From the NCBI GenBank assembly GCA_964505165.1, contig CAZDGZ010000002.1:738-64737 (forward strand): a DNA stretch of 64,000 nucleotides. The letters run 5' to 3'. Positions 44,762 through 53,682 of the stretch are shown piece by piece; position 1 is the first letter of the stretch; each line of letters starts with the position of its first letter. The DNA comes from an uncultured Anaerolineaceae bacterium. GTDB taxonomy: Bacteria; Chloroflexota; Anaerolineae; Anaerolineales; Villigracilaceae. Below the pieces are notes generated by a model, which worked only from the letters and a program-made list of their open reading frames with translations, did not search any database and had not been told where the DNA came from. The translations under genes were made by a program, and so were the position numbers.

Positions 44762-45443
44762 AGCAGGGCACGAAAAAGAGAAAGGTAAACGAGATGAAAA
44801 CGAGCGCCGCGACCGCTCCGAAGAAAATATACGTTCCGATGGGCGTCTTTCGGGCGACCGGAATCTCCTTGATTTGCGTGGGTGAAATTTGGAGATATGG
44901 AGAAACCCCCAGCGATTTTTCCTCCAGCGCGAGAATTTCTTCTTGACTAGCCGTTTCGGGGAGATTTTGCAGCGCAAGCGAAGCGGATACGCCTTTCTGC
45001 GCCTCCTCGACAAATGCCTTTGCCCACGCTGCCGCGAGATTTGCCGCCATCTCGGGATTCTCGTCCTCCGCGTAGAAGTGCCATCCGCCGTCCTCCGGCT
45101 GCGAGAGAATCAACTTTCCGCCGCGCAGCGTCGAAACCGGAATTCCGCCTGATTCCGCTTCGACGACATTCATCACGGAATCGGACCAGGCGACCTCTTC
45201 GAGTTTTCGCACTTCCCGTTCCAGAAAATAAAAGACCTCCCTATCCGCCTCTTGGGGCCAGGTTTCTTCGATATTGAAATCTACGAGGACGGTCGCACGC
45301 GCGCGGTAATCCGGCGGGAAAAGCGCGTATCCCGCTGCCCCGAGTATCCCGCCGATGAGTGCGCCGACGAGCCAGAGCCTCCACGCCTGCAAGAGACAGA
45401 GAATTTCCTCGAAGGAGGGAGGGGCAAAGAGTCGTTTTTTCAT
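44751..45443 (-). CDS. Wzz-like chain-length-determinant (PCP) protein, short form
   Basis: FEEILCLLQAWRLWLVGALIGGILGAAGYALFPPDYRARATVLVDF is a Wzz N-terminal motif followed by the first TM helix. A second TM helix sits at the C-terminus. Confidence 0.7.
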   Translation of the reverse strand: MKKRLFAPPSFEEILCLLQAWRLWLVGALIGGILGAAGYALFPPDYRARATVLVDFNIEETWPQEADREVFYFLEREVRKLEEVAWSDSVMNVVEAESGGIPVSTLRGGKLILSQPEDGGWHFYAEDENPEMAANLAAAWAKAFVEEAQKGVSASLALQNLPETASQEEILALEEKSLGVSPYLQISPTQIKEIPVARKTPIGTYIFFGAVAALVFISFTFLFFVPCYEE

Positions 45444-46240
45444 TTTTCACCTTCTTGGGTTGTGAAGAATCTCTTTCGGCGGCGCCAGTTCCACCAAGGG
45501 GCGATGAGTTTGCGGAGGTAGTATTTCGCGACGATGATAGAAAAAGGGGAGCCTCCCTCTCGATAATGAACTCGCAGCATTTCGGGCCAGCATCGGTCAT
45601 CTTCCGCGATGGTTTTCGCATCCAAATGGAGCCGGAAATTTGCCCACACATGTCCGGGGAGGTATCGAATCTGCGTGATTTTCGCGAGGCGTACCCATAA
45701 ATCATAATCCATCGCAAAATAAAACGACGAGTCCAGCGGTGCGACTTGTCGCCACAATTCCGCGCGCCAAAATGATGCTTGCTGCGGGATGTGAACATAG
45801 CCCCGCCGCAGCCGCCGATAATCGGTTTGCGCGGCAGGGAATTTTCCGATGATGCGTCCGGTTTCGTCAATGAAGTTCGCGTCGCCGTAGACCATCCCGA
45901 TTTCGGGATGCGCGAGGAGGTAGTCCACTGCTTCTCGTATCGCGCCCGGTTCATAGGTATCATCGGAATTGAGCCACGCGAAAATCTCTCCGTTGGCGTG
46001 CGCGAATCCTTTGTTGATGGCATCGGTTTGCCCCGCGTCGGGTTCGGAAATCCACCACGCGAGGTCTTTTTCGTATTTTCGGATAATCTCTACCGAGCCG
46101 TCCGTAGAGCCGCCATCCACGAGGATGTATTCAACGCGTGGGTATTCTTGCGAAAGAACCGATTGAATGGTCTTTTCGAGATATTTTGCCTGATTGAATG
46201 AAGGCGTGACGATAGAAACGAGAGGAAGATTATGGGTCAT
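45440..46240 (-). CDS. Glycosyltransferase family 2 (copy B)
   Basis: LVSIVTPSFNQAKYLEKTIQSVLSQEYPRVEYILVDGGSTDGS...WLNSDD. It is a paralogue of 49174-50133. Confidence 0.9.
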   Translation of the reverse strand: MTHNLPLVSIVTPSFNQAKYLEKTIQSVLSQEYPRVEYILVDGGSTDGSVEIIRKYEKDLAWWISEPDAGQTDAINKGFAHANGEIFAWLNSDDTYEPGAIREAVDYLLAHPEIGMVYGDANFIDETGRIIGKFPAAQTDYRRLRRGYVHIPQQASFWRAELWRQVAPLDSSFYFAMDYDLWVRLAKITQIRYLPGHVWANFRLHLDAKTIAEDDRCWPEMLRVHYREGGSPFSIIVAKYYLRKLIAPWWNWRRRKRFFTTQEGEK

Positions 46241-47672
46241 TGGAAGAGATTGTACCTTGAATGCTTTCTACGCCATAGTATCGCGCGGCGCAGCGGTTAA
46301 CCCAGTGATTGGGATTTTCGTCCAATTCTTTGATTCCATGCAAACTATCGAATAAGGGGACGATGAGATTGGTTTCTCCGTGCGAAACCGCCATGCGAAT
46401 TGCCGCGTCCCGCGCGTCCCAGGCAGCGGCGCGTCCTTGATAGTAGGGAATCGTTTGGGTCGTTTGCCACGCGGCGCGCAGCGGGTACAACGCGAAGAGC
46501 GCGAGGAAAAATGCCGCCGCGATATCCCAAAACAATGGACGCGACACGCGCGCGAGGAAAACGCCGAGGCATGCCCCTTCGAGCATCAACAGCGCGGAGG
46601 TCAGCGCTCGCGCGCCAAGCAAGGCTCTGTCGGCGGGATAGGCTTGTGCGTATGCGCTGGGAGCGAAATTCACGAGGAGAAGTCCGTACAGGATGAGCGG
46701 CGAAAGCGTCGCGGGGAGGAGAATCTTCGAGGAGGGCAAATCCTCTTTGCGGGGCGCGGAGCGTGCCGCGAGAAAGAATGCGGCTGCCGCGACGAGGAAG
46801 GTCAACGCGCTGGGGAGCGGGAGCGTTCGGAGAGAATCGACGAGGAAGTCCAGCGGATAGGTGAAAATGCGTTGGAGGAACACGAGCGCCGACGGAGGAT
46901 GAGTCACGCGGCGACCGATTCCGGGGGAAAAAGACATCGCGCCCATACTCATCGCCGCTCCGAGAAAAATACTTCCGAGGACGCGGCGTGTGTTGTGAGC
47001 GCGATTAGTTTTCTGGAAAAAGGTCGCGGCAAGCGCGAGAAACGACGCAGCGAAAATCAACGCGTCGTTCATTTCATCGAATCCGCCGATGAGAAACGCG
47101 GCGAAAAAGAAGGACATCTCCTGCAGAATTGGCGGAGCCGACGAGTCCCCTCGTCGAAGGGCGAAGAGCGTGGCAGCCGCGAGAAAGGTCGTGAGCATTA
47201 GCGGAAAGAAGCGATTGATGGCGCTTGCTTCCCAGTATATGGATTGATAGCGGTTGGGGGCTTGGAGAATCGTCAAAAACGCGAGCAGTGCCGAAAGAAA
47301 AAGAGAGAACCGCGGCGTTTGGGAGAATTGCATCGCATGAAAAATCTCTCGGAAGAGCCAGAGCAGCGCGAGAAGCCAAAAGACGAGAGTCAGCGCAGGC
47401 AAATAAGAAGTCCCGCGTACGCCGAAGAAATCGGTCAGGTACGGCACGACCAAAATCATGTATCGGTTCGAGAACGTCAAATAATGGATTTTTGCCGCCT
47501 GAAAAAATCCGTATGTTTCGAGCAATCCGTGATGACAATAATCATCGGCAAGATAGCGGGAGAAAGTCCCTACATATGCGTAAACGCTCAACGCGATGAA
47601 GAGGCTCAACGTATTGAGGGCGAGTGCGACTTTAAGAACTTTCGAGGAGGAAAAAATCTGTCGTTGTTTCAT
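46230..47672 (-). CDS. Polytopic membrane protein, candidate GT-C-fold glycosyltransferase/polymerase
   Basis: 480 aa with at least 10 TM helices. An acidic LADDY motif follows the first helix, in a position like the GT-C first-loop motif. The C-terminal soluble tail ends NHWVNRCAARYYGV. The start is at ATG 47672 (ATGA overlap); the ORF-track N-terminus to 48260 is an overlap artefact. Confidence 0.6.
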   Translation of the reverse strand: MKQRQIFSSSKVLKVALALNTLSLFIALSVYAYVGTFSRYLADDYCHHGLLETYGFFQAAKIHYLTFSNRYMILVVPYLTDFFGVRGTSYLPALTLVFWLLALLWLFREIFHAMQFSQTPRFSLFLSALLAFLTILQAPNRYQSIYWEASAINRFFPLMLTTFLAAATLFALRRGDSSAPPILQEMSFFFAAFLIGGFDEMNDALIFAASFLALAATFFQKTNRAHNTRRVLGSIFLGAAMSMGAMSFSPGIGRRVTHPPSALVFLQRIFTYPLDFLVDSLRTLPLPSALTFLVAAAAFFLAARSAPRKEDLPSSKILLPATLSPLILYGLLLVNFAPSAYAQAYPADRALLGARALTSALLMLEGACLGVFLARVSRPLFWDIAAAFFLALFALYPLRAAWQTTQTIPYYQGRAAAWDARDAAIRMAVSHGETNLIVPLFDSLHGIKELDENPNHWVNRCAARYYGVESIQGTISSNDP

Positions 47673-49177
47673 TTTTCGCTGCTTAAATCGAAGATAAGAT
47701 AGGAGTCGCTTCGAGCCAAAACGGGATAATGCGTCTCGAGCGCCTCTCGAAGAGCATCTTGTTTTTTCCACTCGTCGAAATCCGTGACAAGGAAAAACGC
47801 GCGGTTTTGGATGTGCTGTTGGAAGATTTGCGAAAAATCTTTGCTTCCGCCCCGTAACTTCTGATAGTGAATATCGCCGGAGGAAGGAAAATGTGACACA
47901 TTCAGCCATCCCCAGTAAGCGAGGCGGTAGCCGTAATCCTCGGACAGCGCAACAACGCCGCCTTTCTCTCGCAGCATATCGCCGATTTCTCGGTATGCCG
48001 CGGCAAGCGGACGGTAGTCCTCTGTTCTCAATGTTGTGTATGCCGTCCATGATGCGCCTGCCACCGCCAAAATCCAAAGTGTGGAAAGTGCCACGCGTGG
48101 GAGGAGCGCCTTCCCCCATTGGGATTGAAATTTCTCGCGCAGCATCGAGACGAATGGCGTCATCGCGAGCGCGGCAATCGGGATGAGGGGGAGTTGGTAA
48201 TAATCGTGCGTAGAAAAATGATAATCGAAGACCAGTCCGTACGCGAGATATCCTCCCCACAATCCGAGGAGCAGCCCCTTGGCTTTCTCTGAGACGAAAA
48301 GCGTTCCCAGAAGCGCGAAAACGATTCCGAGATAGCCAAGCACCATGTTAACTTTCAACCCCCAGCGTATGTAAAAAATGGGAGAGAGAAGCAATTGGGG
48401 GAAAAACCGTCCGCCGAGTTGCTGAGTTAGGAATCCTTTCAGGATGATTCCGTAGATGAAATAGAGTCCGGCAGGGAGGATGGAAAGCAGTGTAATTCCC
48501 CAGATTTGAGTGTCTTTCCACGCGCGGCGTATTCCCCGTGTTCCGAGTGCGCTCCCTATGATACCTCCGCCGACGAGGAAAAAGGCAACCGTTTTTACGA
48601 AAATCGCTGCGCCTCCGAAAAGACCCGCGAGGAGCGCGCGTGCCCAGGTGGGTTTTTCCATCCATAAAGAAATTGCCCAAAGAAACGCGGAAATCCAGGC
48701 AACCATCAATGGGTCGGGTTGGAAGGAGCGGCTGGCGAAAATGCCGTAGGGGAGAAAAAGATAAAACGAAAGCGAAAGGAGCGCGCCGTCTGCATCGTAG
48801 AGGCGTTTGGCGGTAAAGAAAAGAAATATACCGCCGATTTCCCAGAAGAGGATGCTGTAAACGCGCGGGATAGCGATATCCTCTTTCCCGAAGATTCGGT
48901 ACGAAAATGCCGCGAGGTGCTCGACGATTTCCGGCTCGATGGTGGCTTGCATCTTCCACTGCCGAATTGCCATCTCCCGCTGCCATTCGGGCACGTCCGT
49001 TTTGGTTTGGTAGTAAATACCTCTCGCCTTCAATGCGGAAAAGAGTTGCCGAGTTGGATGAAAATCCAGAGGCAAATCTTGAATGTCGAACAGGCGGATG
49101 GAGAGACTCCCTACAAATAGCAGGAGAGTGAGACTCCAATAAAGGAAAGTTGGGAAGAGGGATTCTCGCTCGTTCAC
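47669..49177 (-). CDS. GT39/PMT_2-type (ArnT/Pmt-like) membrane glycosyltransferase, copy B
   Basis: FDIQDLPLDFHPTRQL, IAIPRVYSILFW and ASRSFQPDPLM blocks. It is polytopic with 502 aa. Confidence 0.8.
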   Translation of the reverse strand: MNERESLFPTFLYWSLTLLLFVGSLSIRLFDIQDLPLDFHPTRQLFSALKARGIYYQTKTDVPEWQREMAIRQWKMQATIEPEIVEHLAAFSYRIFGKEDIAIPRVYSILFWEIGGIFLFFTAKRLYDADGALLSLSFYLFLPYGIFASRSFQPDPLMVAWISAFLWAISLWMEKPTWARALLAGLFGGAAIFVKTVAFFLVGGGIIGSALGTRGIRRAWKDTQIWGITLLSILPAGLYFIYGIILKGFLTQQLGGRFFPQLLLSPIFYIRWGLKVNMVLGYLGIVFALLGTLFVSEKAKGLLLGLWGGYLAYGLVFDYHFSTHDYYQLPLIPIAALAMTPFVSMLREKFQSQWGKALLPRVALSTLWILAVAGASWTAYTTLRTEDYRPLAAAYREIGDMLREKGGVVALSEDYGYRLAYWGWLNVSHFPSSGDIHYQKLRGGSKDFSQIFQQHIQNRAFFLVTDFDEWKKQDALREALETHYPVLARSDSYLIFDLSSEK

Positions 49178-50133
49178 GATTCCCTTTTGAATGTGTGCTC
49201 TGCGCCTCGAAGAATGAATTTTTGCACGCGCAGGTATCCTTTTCGAAGGCCGGATAGTCCGAGGAGGCTGGCTGTCGCGTAGAGGATTCGTTTCCAGCAG
49301 GATTTTATCGTCGAAACGGGATCCAGTTTGAGGGCGCGGGCGTAGGCGGCGAGTCCTTGTCGCATGTTTCCGGATTCGACGAGGTAGAACGCGTCGAGGC
49401 GGTGCGCTCCTGCGTGAAATTTCTTTTCGTCTTTTTGAAAGATTTTTGCCAGCGTGGAATCACGCTGCGCCCACGCGAGGATTCGGAAGGCTTCCTCCCC
49501 GAATTCTTCCGCGTGCGCGACGTTCTTGGCTTCCGCGTGATACCGTGCCGCGGCAAGGGTTTTCGGGATGTAGTGGATGGGCGCGCGGGCGGCGATTCGA
49601 ATCCACAGATGATGGTCGAGAAGGTAGCGGTAGGATAAATCGAGGAGCCCGGCTGCTTCCAGTGCAGCGCGTCGCATGAAGACTCCCGGCTGGCTGATGA
49701 TGCGAAAACGCAAGAGATCTTCGAGGGTGTAAGGTCGAAAACGCTGAAGGTATATGGGTACGCCGTGTTCGTCTATGGAAAGAACGTCGCCGTAAATCAG
49801 ACCTGCTTCCGGGTGCGTTTCCAGTTCATGGACGGCGGCGGCGATGGCGTTGGGGAGATAGTAGTCGTCGGAATTTATCCACGCGATGATGTCTCCTTTG
49901 GCATGAGCGAATCCTTTGTTGATGGCATCCGCCTGCCCCGAATCGGGTTCGGAGACCCACCAGGCAAGTTTTTCCGCGTAATTGCGGATAATGTCTACCG
50001 ACCCGTCGGTCGAGCCGCCGTCTACGATGATGTATTCGATATCGGGGTACTCTTGCGAGAGGACCGATTGAATCGTCTCTTCGAGGAAGGCAGCCTGATT
50101 GAACGAGGGCGTGATGACAGAGACGAGAGTCAT
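49174..50133 (-). CDS. Glycosyltransferase family 2 (copy A)
   Basis: LVSVITPSFNQAAFLEETIQSVLSQEYPDIEYIIVDGGSTDGS...WINSDD. About 70 percent identical to copy B over the first ~115 aligned residues by manual count. Confidence 0.9.
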   Translation of the reverse strand: MTLVSVITPSFNQAAFLEETIQSVLSQEYPDIEYIIVDGGSTDGSVDIIRNYAEKLAWWVSEPDSGQADAINKGFAHAKGDIIAWINSDDYYLPNAIAAAVHELETHPEAGLIYGDVLSIDEHGVPIYLQRFRPYTLEDLLRFRIISQPGVFMRRAALEAAGLLDLSYRYLLDHHLWIRIAARAPIHYIPKTLAAARYHAEAKNVAHAEEFGEEAFRILAWAQRDSTLAKIFQKDEKKFHAGAHRLDAFYLVESGNMRQGLAAYARALKLDPVSTIKSCWKRILYATASLLGLSGLRKGYLRVQKFILRGAEHTFKRES

Positions 50134-51623
50134 TTGGGCGGCCTTAAGTCGTAGATGATGTAGCCGTCTCCCTCGGAGAGAACAGGGTATTGCGCCAAAA
50201 TTTCTTGAAGTCCGGGTTGTTGTTTGAGTTGCCCGAAGGCGGTGACGAGGAAGTAGCCTTTTCCTTTTGCAAGTTCGTCGAATTCTGCTTGGGCGTCAAT
50301 GCTGTTGCCGCGCACCTCCATCATTTTCGTGGAGAGAGGCCAAAGAGCGACTTTTCGCCATCCGAAGTACATGAGTCTGTACCCGTAGTCTTGAGTGAGG
50401 GCTACGGTATTTTTGTCGGTGGGAATGGCGTCGGCTACTTTTTCCCAAAAGGCGGGTTCGTTTCGGAAGTTTTTGGCAACGAGTATCGAGCGGGCAACCC
50501 ACGAGGGGTAGGCTATCCCAACGAGGAGTACGCTTGCGAGGACCAGTTTCCAAAATTTTTGTTGGGGGATGGCTTCGAGGACGGGTTTGGCTAAAGGTGC
50601 GAGTCCCAGCGCGACAAGGGGAATGAGTTGGATGTGGTAATAACTGTGGGTGTAAATTTGGAAGGGGAGAGAAATCCCGTAGAGAAAGTATCCGAGCCAT
50701 AGACTGAGTGTGAGGATACGTCCTCGAGGAGGCATGAATACTGTGCCCAGGAAACTCAGGTAGAGAATCGGAAGTCCGAAGAGGCTTCCGATGAACGTCA
50801 TCCAGTGAAGGTAAAATTTCGTACTTGTCAACAGCCCTAGCATCTCTATCGTTCGGTTGAAAAAGAATTCCGATGAATTTTCTCCCGTACTCACAATGTA
50901 GTAAACAAATGCCGGAGTTGCAATTAGAAATGCCATTGTCCACACTTGCGGGGATTTCCAAAAACGTTTGATTCCGTACGAAAGGAGAACTGCGGCAATG
51001 GCAAGAGGGGCAATGAAGAAAGCGATAACGATTTTGACGAGCGCCGCGAATCCTAAGAAAGACGCGGCGAGGATAGCCCATCTCCATGTTTTTTCTTCGA
51101 CCCAGCGATAGAGAAAATAAAATCCGCCGATGAAAAGCGAGGTCATCAGAGGGTCAGGTTGAAAGGAGCGGCTGGCTTGAACGGAAAAAGGAAGGACGAG
51201 GAAAAACGCAAGGGTAACGAGCGCGGCGGTATCTGAGGAAAAACGTCGGGCGAGTGCGTAGAGGGCAATGCTTGCGAGAAGCCAAAAAAGCGTATCGTAT
51301 ACACGCGGGACAGCGATGCTTTCGCCTCCCGTGTACCTGTATGTCCACGCGACCAGCGTTTCGAAAATGGGAGGTTCGTATTTTCCGAGACGTTCTCGAA
51401 ACTCCGCTGCGAGATTCGCGCGTTCGGCATCGGCGTTAGGGGTGATGTGGTAGTAGATGTCGCGGGCGATGAGCATCCCTCGTAGTTGCCGCGTAGGATG
51501 AAAGTCGAGGGGCGGGTCGGTGAGGTCTATCAGCCGCAGCACCGCGCCCAAGAGCAGCAATCCCGCGAAAAGCAGATGCGTGAGATGAAGTCGTTTTCCT
51601 GAAAATTTAGAAAAGGTCGTCAT
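50130..51623 (-). CDS. GT39/PMT_2-type (ArnT/Pmt-like) membrane glycosyltransferase, copy A
   Basis: IDLTDPPLDFHPTRQL, IAVPRVYDTLFW and ASRSFQPDPLM. The start is at ATG 51623 (17-nt overlap with the upstream gene); the ORF-track extension to 51914 is an artefact. Confidence 0.8.
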   Translation of the reverse strand: MTTFSKFSGKRLHLTHLLFAGLLLLGAVLRLIDLTDPPLDFHPTRQLRGMLIARDIYYHITPNADAERANLAAEFRERLGKYEPPIFETLVAWTYRYTGGESIAVPRVYDTLFWLLASIALYALARRFSSDTAALVTLAFFLVLPFSVQASRSFQPDPLMTSLFIGGFYFLYRWVEEKTWRWAILAASFLGFAALVKIVIAFFIAPLAIAAVLLSYGIKRFWKSPQVWTMAFLIATPAFVYYIVSTGENSSEFFFNRTIEMLGLLTSTKFYLHWMTFIGSLFGLPILYLSFLGTVFMPPRGRILTLSLWLGYFLYGISLPFQIYTHSYYHIQLIPLVALGLAPLAKPVLEAIPQQKFWKLVLASVLLVGIAYPSWVARSILVAKNFRNEPAFWEKVADAIPTDKNTVALTQDYGYRLMYFGWRKVALWPLSTKMMEVRGNSIDAQAEFDELAKGKGYFLVTAFGQLKQQPGLQEILAQYPVLSEGDGYIIYDLRPPK

Positions 51624-52428
51624 AGGCGATTTTCTCAAAAACGGTGAGTTTCCCTCCGATGGTCGCGTCGAGGACGCGGCGTCCCGCGCGGGTGTATGCC
51701 TCTTTTGCCATGCGGTAGGCAATTTCGGAGGTTTCCAAATCGGGGAGTTGCCAGCGAAAGCCTTTCCCGAAATAACGCGGGTCGAAGTGGTTAGGGTCGT
51801 CGCCTTTGGAGACGACCGTCTCATTGGCTTTGCCTTTGCTTTCGAAATGATGGTCAACGCCGATGAGGATGACCTCGCTGAATCCCATGTGGTAGGCGAG
51901 TTGCAGGCAAACATAGGTGACGGTTGCTCCCTCCCAGAGACGGAAACGCGCGTCTCTGGCGAAGGTGGGCATGTCGTAGGTCGTGTAGAGAAAGGTGGGG
52001 AGGGTCTCTTTTGGGGAAGGCGGGAAGAAGCGATGCGATCTCCAGGAAAAGAAACGAGGAATCTGAAGTGCGAGGAAGTCTTCCACGCATTGTTCGATGA
52101 CCAAATCGTTTACCGAGACGAGGAAGGAGGTTTCGAATCCCCAGTCCTCGAACGCGAGGTAGATTCGATTCATCCCGAAGGTGAATTCGTTTCGGAGTTT
52201 TGAAACGTCCGTGCGGCGGAGGCTGGGCCCGTTGCCGAGGATGAAGCAGCGTTCCCCTCGGTGGGTGTCTTTGAGCGCGGCGAGACGCGTGAGACTCTCC
52301 CGCCGCCAGGGATGGAGATAGGCTTCGGGGAGGTCGGGGAGGTGTCGAAACGAGGCGTACGCGCGGCGCGCCGATTCCCATACCGGCGCGGGCGCGATGT
52401 TTTTTAGAGTCTCTTTCAGGGAATCCAT
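51607..52428 (-). CDS. DUF115 (MptE-like/Maf-type) putative glycosyltransferase
   Basis: CFILGNGPSLRRTD...FGMNRIY...ATVTYVCLQLAYHMGFSEVILIGVDH matches the DUF115 pattern as I remember it. The start is at ATG 52428, 2 nt after the thiolase stop. Confidence 0.65.
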   Translation of the reverse strand: MDSLKETLKNIAPAPVWESARRAYASFRHLPDLPEAYLHPWRRESLTRLAALKDTHRGERCFILGNGPSLRRTDVSKLRNEFTFGMNRIYLAFEDWGFETSFLVSVNDLVIEQCVEDFLALQIPRFFSWRSHRFFPPSPKETLPTFLYTTYDMPTFARDARFRLWEGATVTYVCLQLAYHMGFSEVILIGVDHHFESKGKANETVVSKGDDPNHFDPRYFGKGFRWQLPDLETSEIAYRMAKEAYTRAGRRVLDATIGGKLTVFEKIAYDDLF

Positions 52429-52430
52429 TG

Positions 52431-53573
52431 TCAAAGCAGTTCCAAAATGGTCGCGGTTCCCATGCCGTGCCCGATGCACATGGTTTGTAAGCCGAAACGT
52501 GCGCCGCGTCGTTGCATTTCGTAGAGAAGTTTGGTCATCAGCACCGCGCCGGTTGCGCCGAGCGGATGTCCGTGAGCGATAGCGCCGCCGTTGACGTTGA
52601 CTTTGCTCATATCGGGGTGAAGTTCTTTTTCCCACGCGAGGACAACCGAGGCAAAGGCTTCGTTGATTTCTATCAAATCCATATCGTCGAGGGACATGTT
52701 CGCTTTCTTGAGAACGAGTTTCGTTGCGGGAATGGGACCCGTGAGCATGAGGATGGGGTCGGAGCCGACGGCGACCCGCGCGACGACTCTCGCAATGGGC
52801 GAAAGATTATATCTCCCGACGGCTGCCGGGGAGGCGAGCAGAAGCGCTGCCGCGCCATCGCTGATTTGCGAGGCGTTTCCGGCAGTGACCACGCCATCTT
52901 CTTTGAAGACGGGTTTGAGCGCGCGCATTTTCTCTCTGTCGGGAGGGCGGCGTACGCCTTGGTCGGTTTTGAACACGCTGCCATCCGGGAGCGTAACGGG
53001 GAGAATCTGCGAATCGAAGTATCCGGCTTCGATGGCGTTTCCGGCGCGGATGTGGCTTTCGTACGCGAAGTCATCCAGTTCTTCTCGGCTGAGATTCCAT
53101 TTTTCCGCGATGAGTTCCGCGCTTACCCCCTGATGTGGCAGTTTGTACGGGAAATCGGGATGCCATTCGGGAGGGTAGTCTGCGCCCAAAGGCTGATGCG
53201 ACATCATCTCCGTGCCGCCTGCGAGGATAAGGTCGGCGTCTCCGGTGAGAATGGCTTGCGCCGCGAAATGAACTGCCTGCTGACTGGAGCCGCACATCCG
53301 ATTGAGGCTGACGCCGGGAACGTGGACGGGAAATCCCGCGTGAAGAACGCCGAGGCGCGCGAGATTTCCGCCCTGGTCGCCAATGGGGGTGACGACTCCC
53401 CAAATGGCGTCATCCAAGTTTTTGGCGTCAATACCCGCGCGGCGGACGGCTTCTTTCATCACCATCGCGGTCAATTCGACTGGGGCAATGGGGTATAGCG
53501 CGCCTTTTTGGGGTTTTCCTACGCCAACGGCAGTGCGAACCGCGCTGACGATGAAGGCTTCACTCTCGCTCAT
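52431..53573 (-). CDS. Acetyl-CoA C-acetyltransferase (thiolase II)
   Basis: VSAVRTAVG..., NRMCGSSQQAV (active-site Cys), NVNGGAIAHGHPLGATG and CIGHGMG C-terminal motifs. Confidence 0.93.
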   Translation of the reverse strand: MSESEAFIVSAVRTAVGVGKPQKGALYPIAPVELTAMVMKEAVRRAGIDAKNLDDAIWGVVTPIGDQGGNLARLGVLHAGFPVHVPGVSLNRMCGSSQQAVHFAAQAILTGDADLILAGGTEMMSHQPLGADYPPEWHPDFPYKLPHQGVSAELIAEKWNLSREELDDFAYESHIRAGNAIEAGYFDSQILPVTLPDGSVFKTDQGVRRPPDREKMRALKPVFKEDGVVTAGNASQISDGAAALLLASPAAVGRYNLSPIARVVARVAVGSDPILMLTGPIPATKLVLKKANMSLDDMDLIEINEAFASVVLAWEKELHPDMSKVNVNGGAIAHGHPLGATGAVLMTKLLYEMQRRGARFGLQTMCIGHGMGTATILELL

Positions 53574-53626
53574 TTTTTCTCCTTCGTGTGTGATTAAAGA
53601 CGATGTGATTATACCTTTTCTCTCCG

Positions 53627-53635
53627 TGCTATAAT
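53627..53635 (+). promoter_or_regulatory. Extended -10 element TGCTATAAT upstream of the mutase gene
   Basis: A perfect TGnTATAAT sits 48 nt upstream of ATG 53683, which has AAGGAG as SD. Confidence 0.45.
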
Positions 53636-53682
53636 TTCAAAAATGCTACCGATTTTTTCAAGTTCTTTCAAAGGAGTCGCGG

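Noticed and set aside
46230-48260. Long N-terminal extensions in the ORF track (46230-48260, 43325-45013, 50130-51914, 51607-52635, 34268-35758, 25831-27006, 10318-11190, 2004-3200)
   Set aside because: Most extensions run through the 3' part of the upstream gene in another frame. The pheS extension instead covers the T-box leader, and the dnaN extension overlaps the upstream gene by only 14 nt. All are basic and low-complexity. An internal ATG that overlaps or abuts the upstream stop (ATGA/TAATG) or follows a good SD gives a protein starting where homology or hydrophobic helices begin.
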